Source of the DNA: Epiperipatus broadwayi
Lineage: Eukaryota; Animalia; Onychophora
DNA: 64,000 nucleotides
NCBI GenBank assembly: GCA_028023455.1
Contig: JAQFVV010000002.1
Location: 6,634,001 to 6,698,000 of the forward strand
Reading direction: 5' to 3'
Shown here: in pieces, positions 62,740 through 64,000 of the stretch
Numbering within the stretch: position 1 is the first letter of the stretch
How the letters are laid out: every line of letters starts with the position of its first letter
Notes under the pieces: model-generated
Seen by the model: the letters and a program-made list of their open reading frames with translations, nothing else
Databases searched by the model: none
What the model was told of the DNA's origin: nothing
Made by a program: the position numbers and the translations under genes

Positions 62740-62900
62740 ATTTCAAGTTAATCACTTCTTAGACTTTTTCCAATGAATACGATGCAGTGCTAAGCAGTTT
62801 GGGGCATGCGATGAACTCCAAATCTCAGTCTGACAGAACATCAGCAGTCTTCTTGATAGAAGCAATGCCTGTCTAACAATTTAAAGCCACCAGGAATGTC
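62740..62900 (+). pseudogene. Short LINE RT remnant
   Basis: YDAVLSSLGHAMNSKSQSDRTSAVFLIEA resembles the ..TxAVFLDIEKAFD motif of Jockey/I-type RTs. Confidence 0.35.
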
Positions 62901-64000
62901 TAATTGCCCAAAATTGAAGTAGCATGGAATAGCAATCATCATAACCTCCACAGAAGTTTAAAATTCAACCAGTTGATAAAACACATGCAGCAGTAAATTA
63001 TTTGAAGCCACCACATTAGAAAATCCTATAGGTAATGACAATCTCTTGTTTCAATTTTTGATATTAATTAATGTAGCCATTGTAATCTTGAAGCCTCCCA
63101 GAGTCAGTTAATAAATGAACTCTATATGTGCGTAAAATGAACTATTGATGTGTGTGTTTTAAATGTTTTGTACTTATTTAATGCTTTATTTTATATTTTA
63201 TTGTATGTTATTAAGAATGTGTGTGTGGTTGTTATATATAAAATTATTGTTTATTTAATTGAGAAGAATTTATAATTAGTCTACAAATTATAGTAAGCAT
63301 TTTAGTTAAAATAAATTATCTTTGAAAATTAATATTTTGTCAGTCAATTTTTTACTCATACCACTAATTAAAGCAGCAGTTTATTATATCATTTTTTTGA
63401 TTGAGCTAGTTGGGATTTCTTAGGTGCTGAATTAGTTTGTGGTCATTCAGGTTACATTAGTTACCTTTTGTGTAATTAACTGGTGCCTGGAGCTCACTCC
63501 AAAACAAAAAAGGATGCTTTCAATGATAGGGGTTGAATTTTGCAGTCAAGAAGATTTGTGGCCTTGAATGTAGTCATAGTTATGTATCTTATATATAGCT
63601 CCAGCTTGGTCATAGGTACCCTCTGGGTATTATGTTTCTCTGCCTAAGGCACTGGTGTTGAGCAATACTTAAATTGCAAAGGAGTAGATTGAATATATAA
63701 TTTTATATCATATTTTATATATAAAAGTAAGTCTTACAATTTTGTTTATCACAAGTTTCTATTCATGCTAGATTTTTTTTCCTAATCAATCTACTACCCT
63801 ACCCATTCTAATATATATATATATTGTGCCGGTTCAACGACCCTGTAGTGGTCTTGCATGGTTAGACTCTCATATGCACCGAGCATGAAGTGACGTATGC
63901 TACAGAATGGGACATCGATAATAATTCTCTAAAATATTTTTGATTAAATATGAGTAAATACCTCAAAGAAATTATTAGAGGAAGTAGATTGAACCTAAAA

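Overview
Very AT-rich (roughly three-quarters A+T by eye) eukaryotic, probably invertebrate-animal, genomic DNA with no intact protein-coding gene that I can identify. Most recognisable content is transposon debris: a full-length but decayed Ty3/Gypsy (Mag/K02A2.6-like) element with both LTRs and PPT (37.7-43.3 kb), a Buster-type hAT with TIRs and a broken transposase (51.8-55.5 kb), a Buster-type MITE with a perfect 8-bp TSD, RTE and other LINE remnants, tandem gag-like zinc-knuckle ORFs and a young tRNA-derived retrocopy. The standout signal is a dense set of short fold-back (inverted repeat, often plus partial tandem repeat, often TSD-flanked) insertions. About five sequence groups among them carry minimal type I hammerhead ribozyme (HHR) motifs with a 2-bp, palindromic stem III. 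This is the architecture of Penelope-like element pLTRs/retrozymes; one family also carries a Pol III B-box. Some HHRs look intact (25268-25308, 52203-52242), others carry shared core variants. The DNA is strongly CpG-depleted with copy-to-copy CG>TG/CA decay, except for CpG-retaining domains at about 13.4-17.6, 35.7-36.0 and 60.3-62.4 kb. All motif calls were made by eye; nothing was searched or folded computationally.
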